Below, in pieces: positions 38,949 to 48,585 of a DNA stretch of 64,000 nucleotides (position 1 is the stretch's first letter; every line of letters begins with the position of its first letter). Origin of the DNA: Oscillospiraceae bacterium (lineage in GTDB: Bacteria; Bacillota; Clostridia; Oscillospirales; Oscillospiraceae). Under the pieces are notes generated by a model. That model had not been told where the DNA came from. It ran no database searches and saw nothing but the letters and a program-made list of their open reading frames with translations. The translations under genes and the position numbers were made by a program. The stretch covers positions 17,154-81,153 of the forward strand of contig JAFXYJ010000043.1 of assembly GCA_017541825.1 (NCBI GenBank), given 5' to 3'.

Positions 38949-38980
38949 GGCGTCCGCGGAGACAGGTCTCCGCGGACGCC
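38949..38980 (+). other. GC-rich stem-loop after etfA (possible weak terminator or processing site)
   Basis: GGCGTCCGCGGAGAC / GTCTCCGCGGACGCC are perfectly complementary arms. The U-tract is poor. Confidence 0.4.
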
Positions 38981-39023
38981 CGGCTGCTTTACATGCGTGG
39001 AAAAGAAAGGATACAGGAAGGAT

Positions 39024-39692
39024 ATGGAACTGAAAACGGCCATTATGGAGCGCCATTCCACCCGCGGCTTTTCCGACCGGCCCGTCTCCCGGGAGACGCT
39101 CAGGGATGTCCTGACCATGGCGGAGCGCGCCGTGTCCTCCGTCAACTGCCAGCCCTGGGAATTTGCCGTCGTCACCGGCGACGTGCTCCGGACGCTGTGC
39201 GCGGAGATCACCGAGTGCTTCGAACGCGGTGACCCCGCGGACATCACGCCCTGGTTCGGAGAGGGGATCTACCGCAGCCGCCGCAGTGAGATCGGGAAGC
39301 AGCTCTTCGCCGCGATGGACATCTGCCGGGAAGACCGGGAAAAACGCCGCTGGTGGACTGCCCGGGGCTACCGCTTTTTTGACGCGCCTGCGGCCATCCT
39401 GCTGATGATGGACAATTCGGCGGATGAGTTTTCCTGCCGGCTGGATATGGGCTGCGTGATCCAGAACATCTGCCTGGCGTCGATGGAGTTCGGCCTGGGG
39501 ACCTGCGTGGAGTACCAAGGCGTGTCCTATCTCGAGCCGCTGCGCCGAAACCTGCCCGCTTCCCAGGGCAAACGCTTCGTCTGCGCCATTGCCATCGGGT
39601 ACCCGGACGAGAGCTTTCCCGCCAACCGCGTCGTGTCCTCCCGGGCCGACGTGGACGAGATCACGTCCTGGTACGGTTTTGATGAGGAATAA
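39024..39692 (+). CDS. Nitroreductase-family flavoprotein
   Basis: Starts MELKTAIMERHSTRGFSDRPVSRETL...NCQPWEF, a typical nitroreductase N-terminus. Length 222 aa. Confidence 0.8.
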   Translation: MELKTAIMERHSTRGFSDRPVSRETLRDVLTMAERAVSSVNCQPWEFAVVTGDVLRTLCAEITECFERGDPADITPWFGEGIYRSRRSEIGKQLFAAMDICREDREKRRWWTARGYRFFDAPAAILLMMDNSADEFSCRLDMGCVIQNICLASMEFGLGTCVEYQGVSYLEPLRRNLPASQGKRFVCAIAIGYPDESFPANRVVSSRADVDEITSWYGFDEE

Positions 39693-39728
39693 CTTCCGTG
39701 CGCCGCGGCGCAGATCGGAGGCGATGAG

Positions 39729-40712
39729 ATGATCGAAGAAATTGGAACGGGGATCTATCGCATAGGCGTCCCGCTGCCGGACAATCCGCTCCGGGAGCTC
39801 AACAGCTACTTTCTCCGGGGGACCGACCGGGACCTGCTCATCGACACCGGATTCCGGAATCCCGTGTGCCAGAGCGCGCTGGAGGAGGGACTGCGGACGC
39901 TGGAGTCCGACCCCGCGCGGCGGGATGTGCTGCTCACGCATCTGCACTCCGACCACTCCGGGAACGCCGATCTGTTCGCGCTTCCCGGCCGGCATGTGTA
40001 TCTGAGCGGCACGGACCTCGGTTATCTGCGCCAATTCCGCAGCGGAGCGATCCTGGAGCGCCAGCGCGCCCGCTACCTCGCGGAGGGCATGCCGTCAGCG
40101 CTGGAAAAGGAGATCAGCGCCGTGAACCCGGCGGACAACCAGGCCATCGAGCAGATCACCGATCAGTTCGTCCCCCTGCGGGACGGCGATGTGATCTCCG
40201 TGGGAGACCTGTCCCTGGAGACCGTGCTGGTGCCGGGCCACACCCCGGGGAACACGGTCTTCCTTTGCCGGAGGCAGGGGATCCTTTTCAGCGGTGATCA
40301 CATCCTCTTCGACATCACGCCCAACATCACCGCATGGGACGGCGTGGAGGATTCGCTGGGGGATTACCTGGACAACCTGAACCGGATCCGGGATCTGCCG
40401 GTAAAGCAGACGCTGCCGGGACACCGCGGACCCGGAGAGTTCCGCCCCCGGGTGGACGAGCTGCTGCGGCACCACCGCAGACGGCTGAACGAGGCCCGGC
40501 GGATCGTGGAGGAAAACCCCGGTCTGAACGCCTTTGAGATCACCGCGCAGATGACCTGGCAGATCCGTGCCCGCAGCTGGGATGATTTTCCCATCACGCA
40601 GAAATGGTTCGCCATGGGCGAGTGCATGTCCCATCTGGACTATCTCCGCCGCCGCGGCCTGATCCGCCGGGAGGAGTTCGGCGGCATGCGCCGTTATTAC
40701 GCCTCGCTGTGA
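39729..40712 (+). CDS. MBL-fold metallo-hydrolase
   Basis: Contains the HxHxDH motif in LTHLHSDHSGN, and later VPGHTPG. Length 327 aa. Confidence 0.8.
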   Translation: MIEEIGTGIYRIGVPLPDNPLRELNSYFLRGTDRDLLIDTGFRNPVCQSALEEGLRTLESDPARRDVLLTHLHSDHSGNADLFALPGRHVYLSGTDLGYLRQFRSGAILERQRARYLAEGMPSALEKEISAVNPADNQAIEQITDQFVPLRDGDVISVGDLSLETVLVPGHTPGNTVFLCRRQGILFSGDHILFDITPNITAWDGVEDSLGDYLDNLNRIRDLPVKQTLPGHRGPGEFRPRVDELLRHHRRRLNEARRIVEENPGLNAFEITAQMTWQIRARSWDDFPITQKWFAMGECMSHLDYLRRRGLIRREEFGGMRRYYASL

Positions 40713-40777
40713 CCGGGAAAGGATGAGTCTGCGGCGGGAGGCTCATCGGACGGTGCATTATGTAGCTATTGTGAGTC

Positions 40778-40846
40778 AAAGGTAACACATTGGCACACAT
40801 GTACCCGCATATGCCCGGGGATTTGTTACCATTTCCGCATGGAAAC
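40778..40846. promoter_or_regulatory. Candidate enhancer (UAS) elements upstream of the second sigma-54 promoter
   Basis: AAAGGTAACACA (40778-40789), the inverted partner TGTTACC (40824-40830), and the palindrome ATTTCC-GCAT-GGAAAC (40831-40846). These resemble the arms and centre of the 36904-36946 palindrome. Confidence 0.45.
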
Positions 40847-40891
40847 GGAGCGAAAGCACGGAAAATGTCACAATTTAAAGGTTAATCAAGT

Positions 40892-40907
40892 TGGCACAAA
40901 GTATGCA
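40892..40907 (+). promoter_or_regulatory. Sigma-54 (-24/-12) promoter upstream of the GntP/CoA-pathway operon
   Basis: TGGCAC-aaagt-ATGCA. The GG and GC dinucleotides are correctly spaced. It lies about 187 nt before the ATG at 41094. Confidence 0.7.
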
Positions 40908-41093
40908 TAATAGTAGGAGACATTTGCCAAAATGTCTCACAGGTTTTACCGGATATTCGTTGCTCTGACGAAGAACTCCGCAAACGGCAGTGCTTTTTCG
41001 GGAAAGGAGGGGATGACCGGACACGGACGGAAGCCAATCCTGTTGATACATCATCAGAAATCGGAAAGAAAGGAATAAGGGGGATTTTCAATC

Positions 41094-42416
41094 ATGACTT
41101 CTGCAGAGATTCTCAGTTTAATCGGTGTCATCGTCGCTCTGGGCGGACTGGCGTTCTTCGTACTGAAGGGTGTGAACAACTATCTGATGGCCTTCATCGC
41201 CACGGTGCTGATCGCCATCACCAGCGGACTGAACATTTATGAGACGCTGGTCAAGACTTATATGGGCGGCTTCACCGGCTACATCGCCCAGTGGTTCATC
41301 GTATTCTATGCCGGCGCGCTGTTCGGCAAGCTGATGGCGGACTGCGGCGCGGCGGAGACCGTCGCCCACGGCCTGGTCAAGCTCGTCGGCAAAAAGCTGG
41401 CGCCCTGCGCTCCTATCATTGCCGGCGCCGTCATGGGCTACGGCGGCATCACCACCTTCGTCATCGGCTTCTGCGTGGTGCCTATCGCGGTGCAGATCTT
41501 CCGCGACGCGAACCTGCCCCGCCGGCTGATCCCCGGCGCCATCTTCATCGGCCCCACCATCGCCATGGTCGCCCCGGGCTCGCCCCAGATCGCGAACATC
41601 GTCTGCTCCACCGCCTGCAACACGAACTACATGGGCGGCGGCCTTGCCGGCTGGATCGCGGACCTGGTCTTCGGCCTGGGCACCGTCTGCGTGCTCTTCC
41701 TGTGGATGATCAAGCGCGCCGTGGCCAAGGGTGAGTACTTCATCCCGAAGGATGTGGACAATGTCACCTCTGACAGTGACAGCAGGGAGCGTCCGGGCAT
41801 GCTCACCAGCATCCTGCCGCTGCTGATCACCGTCGTGGCCATCAACATCCCCAACGGCCAGGGCGGGAACCTGATCCCCACCGAGTACGGCCTGCTCCTC
41901 GGCTGCCTGTCCATCATCCTGCTGAACCTGAAGTTCTTTGACAAAAAGGCCATCGTCCCCGCGCTGGGCGACGGCTTCAAGACCGCCATCACCATCATCG
42001 GCAACACCGCCGCCATCGTCGGTATCGGCGCGGTGGTCAAGGCCACCCCGATGTTCGGCCCTGTGGTCGAGAGACTGACCTCCGGCACCGGCAATCCCTA
42101 CGTGGGCGGCGCGGTCTCCATCGCCCTGCTGGCCGGCATCCTGGGCAGCGCTTCCGGCTCCACCAGCCTCGGCGCTCCTCTGCTGGCTCCCGCCTTCATC
42201 GCGCAGGGTGCTGATCCCGGCATGCTGGCCCGCGTCATGTGCATGGCCTCCTCCACGCTGGACTCCCTGCCCCACAGCGGTGCCGTCGTATCCACCATCG
42301 ACGCCATGTGCCACGAGGAGTACAAGGGCTCTTACGGCTGCGTGTTTATGCTGACGGTTGTCGGCACCACGGTCATGACCCTGTCCGCCATCATCATGGC
42401 GATGCTCTTCTATTGA
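41094..42416 (+). CDS. GntP-family anion:H+ permease (paralog 1)
   Basis: 440 aa, polytopic. Collinear with the second copy at 43343. Confidence 0.8.
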   Translation: MTSAEILSLIGVIVALGGLAFFVLKGVNNYLMAFIATVLIAITSGLNIYETLVKTYMGGFTGYIAQWFIVFYAGALFGKLMADCGAAETVAHGLVKLVGKKLAPCAPIIAGAVMGYGGITTFVIGFCVVPIAVQIFRDANLPRRLIPGAIFIGPTIAMVAPGSPQIANIVCSTACNTNYMGGGLAGWIADLVFGLGTVCVLFLWMIKRAVAKGEYFIPKDVDNVTSDSDSRERPGMLTSILPLLITVVAINIPNGQGGNLIPTEYGLLLGCLSIILLNLKFFDKKAIVPALGDGFKTAITIIGNTAAIVGIGAVVKATPMFGPVVERLTSGTGNPYVGGAVSIALLAGILGSASGSTSLGAPLLAPAFIAQGADPGMLARVMCMASSTLDSLPHSGAVVSTIDAMCHEEYKGSYGCVFMLTVVGTTVMTLSAIIMAMLFY

Positions 42417-42478
42417 TCTGACCGGGCAGCGAAGCGTCACAGTCAGCATTTTCAGAACCTTTTAAGGAGGGTATCTCA

Positions 42479-43276
42479 TTGTCCAAGGATTATCTGAACG
42501 AGGCGTATCAGGATGTGATCCTGGAGGTCAGGGGGCGCATCGCTTATGTGACCCTGAACCGTCCCCACAAGCTGAATGCCATGACTATGAATACCAAGGG
42601 CGAGATCGTCCGGATCTTTCAGGGTCTGGATCAGGACCCGGACGTCTGGGGCGTGATCGTCACCGGCGCAGGCAAGAGCTTCAACGTGGGCTCCGACGTC
42701 AGCCACCATCCCGCCAGCTGCGAGGAGGCGTTTGACGAGATTACCTTTTCCCAGAACGTCCTCAATACGATCGAGAAATGCAGCAAGCCCGTGATCGCGG
42801 CCATCAACGGCTACTGCCTGGGCGGCGGCATCGAGCTGGCCCTTGTGTGCGACCTGCGGATCGCCAGCGAAAAGGCCTCCTTCGGTCTGCCGGAGGCGAA
42901 GCTGGGCGTGATCCCTTCCTACGGCGGCACCCAGCGTCTGACCCGGCTGTGCGGCGCGGCCCTGGCCAAGGACCTGTGCTTCACCTGCCGGAGGATGCCC
43001 GCCGACGAGGCGCTCAGCTGGCATCTGATCAACCGTCTCGTGCCCCATGAGCAGCTGATGGACGAGGCAACGAAGTATATGGAAGAGATCCTCGCCAACG
43101 CGCCGATCGCCCTCAAGTACTGCAAGTACAGCATCAACAACGGCGCGGAGATCAGCCTGGAGAAAGGGCTGGAGATCGAGAAGCTGAGCTTCGCCATGTG
43201 CATCGCGTCCGAGGACTGCGCCGAGGGCATGGCCGCTTTCGCGGAAAAGCGCGAGCCTCAGTTCAAGAACCGCTGA
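42479..43276 (+). CDS. Enoyl-CoA hydratase/isomerase (crotonase) family protein 1
   Basis: VTLNRPHKLNAM, ITGAGKSFNVGSD, INGYCLGGGIELAL and a C-terminal AEGMAAFAEKREPQFKN. TTG start with an AAGGAGG RBS. Confidence 0.85.
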   Translation: MSKDYLNEAYQDVILEVRGRIAYVTLNRPHKLNAMTMNTKGEIVRIFQGLDQDPDVWGVIVTGAGKSFNVGSDVSHHPASCEEAFDEITFSQNVLNTIEKCSKPVIAAINGYCLGGGIELALVCDLRIASEKASFGLPEAKLGVIPSYGGTQRLTRLCGAALAKDLCFTCRRMPADEALSWHLINRLVPHEQLMDEATKYMEEILANAPIALKYCKYSINNGAEISLEKGLEIEKLSFAMCIASEDCAEGMAAFAEKREPQFKNR

Positions 43277-43342
43277 TACCGGCACGCCGGATCCCCGGAT
43301 CGAGAGAATAAAGAAACAAATCCATAAAACGGAGGGAGAAAA

Positions 43343-44650
43343 ATGTCAATCACGACGATCAGTCTGCTGGGCATCATACTGGGCCTGGCCTGTCTGGTGT
43401 TCTTTTCCTTCAAGGGCCTGAACATCTACCTCAACTCGTTCCTGTTCGTTTTCATCGTCGCGCTGACGGGCGGCCTTGATATCTACAAGACCTTCGTCAC
43501 CACCTACATCGGCGGCTTCACGGGCTTCATCACCGGCAACTTCTTCGTGTTCGTGGCCGGCACCGTGATGGGCCAGTGCGCGCTGATCACCGGCGCAGCA
43601 AAATCCATCGCCAACGGCATCGTCAAGGCCTTCGGCAAGAAGGGCGCCCTGCTGGCAGTGCCCATCGCCTGCCTGGTGCTGTCCTACGGCGGCGTCTCTG
43701 CCTTCGTGGTCGGCTTCACCGTGTTCCCCATCGCCCTGGAGGTCTTCCGCAACAACGACGCCCCCCGCCGCCTGATCATCAGCGGCATCTGCTTCGGCGG
43801 TGCCACCGTGGCCATGTGCGGCCCCGGCGCGCCTCAGGTCCAGAACAGCATCCCCGCCAACGCCTGCGGCGTGAGCCTGATGGCCGGCTCCGTCTGCGGC
43901 TTCATCGGCTGCGCGGTGACCCTTGTCGTGGGCTACACCTGGTATATGTACATGATCAAGCGCGCCATGGCCCGTGGCGAGCACTTCGTGGCCAAGGACG
44001 GCGACTTCTCCGACAAGACCGAGGAGAACATCCCGCCCTTCATCACCTCCATCATCCCGCTGATCGTGACCCTGATCCTCATCAACACCATCCTGCCGCT
44101 GGAAGTCGGTGTCGTCTTCGGCGCGCTGCTGATGGTCGTCATGAACATCAAGTACTACCCCACCTGGAAGACCGAGTTCCTGCCTGAGATGGGCAAGGCC
44201 GTCGCCAACGCGCTGATGTTCATCGGCAGCGTCGCGGCCATCGCCGGCGTCGGCGGCGTCGTCAAGGCGACCCCGGGCTTTGAGGCCGTTGTCTCCTTCC
44301 TCGACACCGCATCTCTGGGCAACCCGCTGATCGGCGCCTCCGTGGGCACCATGATCCTCTGCGGCATCACCGCCTCCGCCTCCGGCGGCCTGGGCATCGC
44401 CGCGCCGATCCTGTCCGAGATGTACGCCGGCCAGGTCAGCATGGCGGCGCTGTCCCGTATCATGTCCATGGCCTCCATCACCTTTGACTCCATGCCCCAC
44501 AGCGGCGGCATCGCGGCGAACATCTACGGCATCGGCCGTGAGACCCACAAGACCGCTTACATCCCCATCATGAACCTGTGTCTGTGGACACCCTGCGTAG
44601 GCCTGGCGGTCTCGCTGATCCTGTTTACACTCTTCCCCAATCTCCCGTGA
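43343..44650 (+). CDS. GntP-family anion:H+ permease (paralog 2)
   Basis: 435 aa. Same topology and shared motifs with 41094..42416, for example PRRLI, DS(L/M)PHSG. Confidence 0.8.
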   Translation: MSITTISLLGIILGLACLVFFSFKGLNIYLNSFLFVFIVALTGGLDIYKTFVTTYIGGFTGFITGNFFVFVAGTVMGQCALITGAAKSIANGIVKAFGKKGALLAVPIACLVLSYGGVSAFVVGFTVFPIALEVFRNNDAPRRLIISGICFGGATVAMCGPGAPQVQNSIPANACGVSLMAGSVCGFIGCAVTLVVGYTWYMYMIKRAMARGEHFVAKDGDFSDKTEENIPPFITSIIPLIVTLILINTILPLEVGVVFGALLMVVMNIKYYPTWKTEFLPEMGKAVANALMFIGSVAAIAGVGGVVKATPGFEAVVSFLDTASLGNPLIGASVGTMILCGITASASGGLGIAAPILSEMYAGQVSMAALSRIMSMASITFDSMPHSGGIAANIYGIGRETHKTAYIPIMNLCLWTPCVGLAVSLILFTLFPNLP

Positions 44651-44815
44651 TCCGTCTGCGCGCTGCAGGGCTCGTGACGGAATGCGGCGGCGGAGCACAG
44701 CCATGACGATTGTACCGACCGTATGACCGACGCTCCGCCTCTTTTTCGCTGACAGTCAGCCGCGGGACGGGAGACCCGCCCCGCGGCGAGTAATAACCCA
44801 AGGAGGAAATGACTT

Positions 44816-45952
44816 ATGGATTTCAGACTGACGGAAGATCAGGAATCCATTCGAGAGCTGGCGGCAAAGTTTGCCAAAGAGGTATGCGCCCCGGAGGTAG
44901 AGACCATCGAGGCCGAGCACCGTTTCCCCATCGAGACCTTCCGTAAGTTTTCCGAGGTGGGTCTCTATTCCGTGAACTTCGACGAGGAGTACGGCGGCAT
45001 CGGCAAGGACGCCCTGGCCGAGGTGATCGTGGTGGAGGAGCTGACCAAGGCCAGTCTCAGCCATGCGGCGGCCTTTCAGATCAACCGCGCCTGCGCGGGA
45101 CTGATCGATGAGGTGGGCAGCCCCGAGCAGAAGGCAAAATATCTGCCCTGGATGATCGAGAACGGCATTCCCGGCTCCGTGTGCATCACCGAATCCGGTG
45201 CGGGCTCCGACGCCGCTTCGATGCGCACGATGGCGGTGCGGGACGGCGACGACTGGATCCTCAACGGCACCAAGTGCTTCATCACCGGCGCGGGCGTCTC
45301 CGAGCTGTATATCGTCTGCGCGCAGACGGACCGCGAGCTGGGCGCCAAGGGCATCACGCTGTTTATCGTCGATCCGTCCACCCCCGGCTTCTCCATCGGC
45401 AAGATCGAAAACAAGATGGGCCTGGTGGGCTCGCAGACCGGCGAGGTGATCCTGCAGGATGTCCGCGTGCCCGGTGAAAACGTGCTCGGCGAGGTCGGCA
45501 AGGGCTTCAAATACGTCATGGCCAATCTGGACGGAGCCCGTATCGGCACCGCGGCCCAGGGCCTGGGCACCGCGGAGGCGGCGCTGGACCTGGCGATCAA
45601 GTATTCCAAGGAGCGGGTACAGTTCGGGCGCCCCATCAGCAAATTCCAGGGCATCCAGTGGTATCTGGCGGAAATGGCCACCAAGGTGGATTCCGCAAAG
45701 TGGATGATCTATCACGCGGCCTGGCTCAAGAACGAGGGGCTGCCTTTCAGCAAGGAAGCCGCCATGGCCAAGCTCTACGGCACCACCATCGGCCGGGAGG
45801 TCGTCAACACCGCGCTGCAGATCCACGGCGGCTACGGATACATGAAGGACTATCCCCTGGAGCGCATGTACCGTGACGTCCGGATCACGGAGATCTACGA
45901 GGGCACCTCGGAGATCCAGAAGGTGGTCATCGCCGGGCAGCTGCTCCGGTGA
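44816..45952 (+). CDS. Acyl-CoA dehydrogenase family flavoprotein 1
   Basis: 378 aa. Contains ITE(S/P)GAGSDA, GTKCFITGAG, QIHGGYGYMKDYPLERMYRDVRITEIYEGTSEIQ. Confidence 0.9.
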   Translation: MDFRLTEDQESIRELAAKFAKEVCAPEVETIEAEHRFPIETFRKFSEVGLYSVNFDEEYGGIGKDALAEVIVVEELTKASLSHAAAFQINRACAGLIDEVGSPEQKAKYLPWMIENGIPGSVCITESGAGSDAASMRTMAVRDGDDWILNGTKCFITGAGVSELYIVCAQTDRELGAKGITLFIVDPSTPGFSIGKIENKMGLVGSQTGEVILQDVRVPGENVLGEVGKGFKYVMANLDGARIGTAAQGLGTAEAALDLAIKYSKERVQFGRPISKFQGIQWYLAEMATKVDSAKWMIYHAAWLKNEGLPFSKEAAMAKLYGTTIGREVVNTALQIHGGYGYMKDYPLERMYRDVRITEIYEGTSEIQKVVIAGQLLR

Positions 45953-46008
45953 TCAACAGGAGCCGGCGAAAGCCGGTGCAGGATTATTGACAAGGAGGAT
46001 AATGAATT

Positions 46009-47247
46009 ATGGGTAAAGGCGTACTGAGCGGCGTGCGCGTACTGGAATACGACTCCTACGCTGCCAGCAACAACGTGGGCAAGGTGCTGGCTCTCTGGGG
46101 CGCGGAGGTCATCAAGGCCGAACCGCTCACCGGCGACGTGTTCCGTCATATGGGCCAGAACAATAATGTCCCCATCGACGAGGACGAAAACCCCGCTTTC
46201 CAGCTGGTGGCCTCCAACAAGAAGAGCGTCACCATCGACACGAAGACCCCCGAGGGCTACGATCTGCTGATGAAGCTGCTGGAGACCTGCGACGTGTTCC
46301 TCACCAACGTCCGCATGCCCTCTCTGAAGAAAAACAAGCTGGACTGGGAGACCATCCATGCGAAATATCCCGACAAGGTCTACTGCCACGTCTCCGGCTG
46401 GGGCCTCAAGGGACCCCAGGCGGCCGAAGCCGGCTATGACACGGTCTGTTACTGGGCCGTCTCCGGCGCCATGGTGGACCTGGCCCCCGCGGGCGGCCCC
46501 CCGCTGCCCCCGAGCTTCGGCGTAGGCGACCAGCACATCGGCGCCTATGGCGCCGGCGGCATCGCGGCTGCGCTCTACAAGAAAGAAAAGACCGGCGAGG
46601 GCGAGTTCGTCTCCGCGTCCCTGATGGGCGTCTCCGCCCTGGGCCACGGCATGATGACTACCTTCTGCCAGAACGCCTTCCGTGACCGCGGACTGGGCGA
46701 GAAGTATCCCCGCGGCCATTTCGATCCCACCCTGCCGACCTTCAACGCCTACAAGTGCAAGGACGGCGAGTGGCTGATGCTGACCGTCAACGAGTACACC
46801 AAGTACCTGCCGAAATTCTGCGAGGTCTTCGGCATCTCCGATATCGTACTCAGCAATCCCAACTTCAACAGCGAGGTGGAGATCCACAAACCCGAGAACA
46901 TGAAAGCCATGGTCGAGATCCTGGACGACGTGTTCATCAAGTACACCAGCGACGAGGCCCTGAAGATGATGATCGACAACGACATGGTCGCCTCCAAGTA
47001 TCCCCACTTCTCGGACTTCGCGGTCAACGAGCAGGCCCACGCCAACGGCTACTTCGAGTACTACACCTCGCCCAACGGCCAGACGGCCTCCTATCCCGCC
47101 AACCCCATCACCTTCAACAACGGCGAGGACAACCTCAATCTGGCGCCGTTCCCCAAGCTGGGCGAGCACAACGAGGAGGTCTTCCACAGCCTCGGCCTCA
47201 GCGACGAGCAGATGGCCGAGCTCCGCGCCAAAAAGGTCATCAGCTGA
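46009..47247 (+). CDS. Family III (CaiB/BaiF/Frc-type) CoA-transferase 1
   Basis: GVRVLEYDSYAASNNVGKVLALWGAEVIKAEP, CDVFLTNVR and GVGDQHIG. Length 412 aa. Confidence 0.88.
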   Translation: MGKGVLSGVRVLEYDSYAASNNVGKVLALWGAEVIKAEPLTGDVFRHMGQNNNVPIDEDENPAFQLVASNKKSVTIDTKTPEGYDLLMKLLETCDVFLTNVRMPSLKKNKLDWETIHAKYPDKVYCHVSGWGLKGPQAAEAGYDTVCYWAVSGAMVDLAPAGGPPLPPSFGVGDQHIGAYGAGGIAAALYKKEKTGEGEFVSASLMGVSALGHGMMTTFCQNAFRDRGLGEKYPRGHFDPTLPTFNAYKCKDGEWLMLTVNEYTKYLPKFCEVFGISDIVLSNPNFNSEVEIHKPENMKAMVEILDDVFIKYTSDEALKMMIDNDMVASKYPHFSDFAVNEQAHANGYFEYYTSPNGQTASYPANPITFNNGEDNLNLAPFPKLGEHNEEVFHSLGLSDEQMAELRAKKVIS

Positions 47248-47311
47248 GCGCCCCGCGCCGGAGAGCGCAAAAAGAATACAGAATCTAAAGTAAAGGAGCA
47301 GCTTCCGTACC

Positions 47312-48556
47312 ATGCAGGAAAGAAAAAAGGGTATGTTGGCCGGCGTGCGCGTGCTGGAGTATTCCTCCTATGCCGCGTGCTCCAATGTGGGCAAATTGCT
47401 GGGCCTCTGGGGAGCAGAGGTCATCAAGGTCGAGCCCCCCGGGGGAGAGATATTCCGTGTCATGGGCACGCTGACCAATCTGCCCATTACACCGGAGGAG
47501 AACCCGGCGTTCCAGCTTTGCAATTCCAACAAAAAAGGCGTGACCATCAATACCAAGACCCCTGAGGGAAAAGCGCTGTTCCACAAGCTCCTGGCGTCCT
47601 GCGATGTGTTTCTCACCAATGTCCGCATGGCCTCTCTGATCAAAAACGGCTTTGGATGGGAAGAGCTGCACGAAAAATACCCCGCGCTTGTCTACTGCCA
47701 CATCTCCGGCTGGGGCCTCAAAGGGCCCCAGGCCGGAGAGTCCGGCTTCGACACCGCCTGCTATTGGGCCGTGTCCGGCGCGCTGGCGGACCTGGCGCCC
47801 GCCGGCGGACCGCCGATCCCGCCCTCCTACGGCGTGGGCGACCAGCACATGGCGGTGTACGGGGCGGCCGGCATCTGCGCGGCGCTGTTCCACCGCGCCA
47901 TGACGGGGGAGGGCTCGTTCGCCGCGCCGTCGCTGCTGGGCGTAGGCGCCCAGGGCCACGGCATGATGACCACCTACTGTCAGAAGCCGTATCAGGAACA
48001 GGGACTGGGCATGCGCTATCCCATCGGTCATTTCAACCCCTCGTATCCGACGTTCAATTCCTATCAGTGCAGCGACGGGGAGTGGGTCATGATCACGATC
48101 ACGGAGTATGCCGAAAAGCTTCCCAAATTCTGCGAGGTCTTCGGCATCCCCGCGTCGGTCTACACCGATCCCCGCTTCAGCACCGTGGAGGAAGTCCAGA
48201 AGCCGGAGAACCTTCGCGCCATGGTGGAGCATATCGACGCCGCCATCGGCCGCTATACCTCCCGGGAGGTGGTGGAGATGATGACGGCGGCGGACATGGT
48301 GGCCACCACCTATGTCCACTTCACGGACTTCGCGGAGAACGAGCAGGCCCACATCAACGGCAACTTCGAGTACTTCACCTTTGAAAACGGACACACGGTA
48401 TCCTTCCCGGCCAACCCGGTGCTGTTCAACGGCGGCGAGGACAACTATCACCTGACCCCGGCCCCGAAGCCCGGGGAGCACAACGAGGAAGTCTTCACCG
48501 CCCTGGGCTATGCTCCGGAAGAGCTTGAGAGACTCCGGGAAGCGAAGATCATATAG
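47312..48556 (+). CDS. Family III (CaiB/BaiF/Frc-type) CoA-transferase 2 (adjacent paralog)
   Basis: Collinear with the preceding gene along its full length (GVRVLEYSSYAA..., CDVFLTNVR, GVGDQHMA). Roughly half or more of the residues are identical by eye. Confidence 0.88.
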   Translation: MQERKKGMLAGVRVLEYSSYAACSNVGKLLGLWGAEVIKVEPPGGEIFRVMGTLTNLPITPEENPAFQLCNSNKKGVTINTKTPEGKALFHKLLASCDVFLTNVRMASLIKNGFGWEELHEKYPALVYCHISGWGLKGPQAGESGFDTACYWAVSGALADLAPAGGPPIPPSYGVGDQHMAVYGAAGICAALFHRAMTGEGSFAAPSLLGVGAQGHGMMTTYCQKPYQEQGLGMRYPIGHFNPSYPTFNSYQCSDGEWVMITITEYAEKLPKFCEVFGIPASVYTDPRFSTVEEVQKPENLRAMVEHIDAAIGRYTSREVVEMMTAADMVATTYVHFTDFAENEQAHINGNFEYFTFENGHTVSFPANPVLFNGGEDNYHLTPAPKPGEHNEEVFTALGYAPEELERLREAKII

Positions 48557-48585
48557 CAGCATTTTTGCGCAAGGAGAGAATGTGA

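Noticed and set aside
40791-40806. A second TGGCAC (TGGCACacatgTACCC) that might be a sigma-54 promoter.
   Set aside because: The -12 position lacks the conserved GC (TACCC instead of TTGCW). The site at 40892-40907 fits much better. The hexamer may instead be part of the upstream enhancer region.
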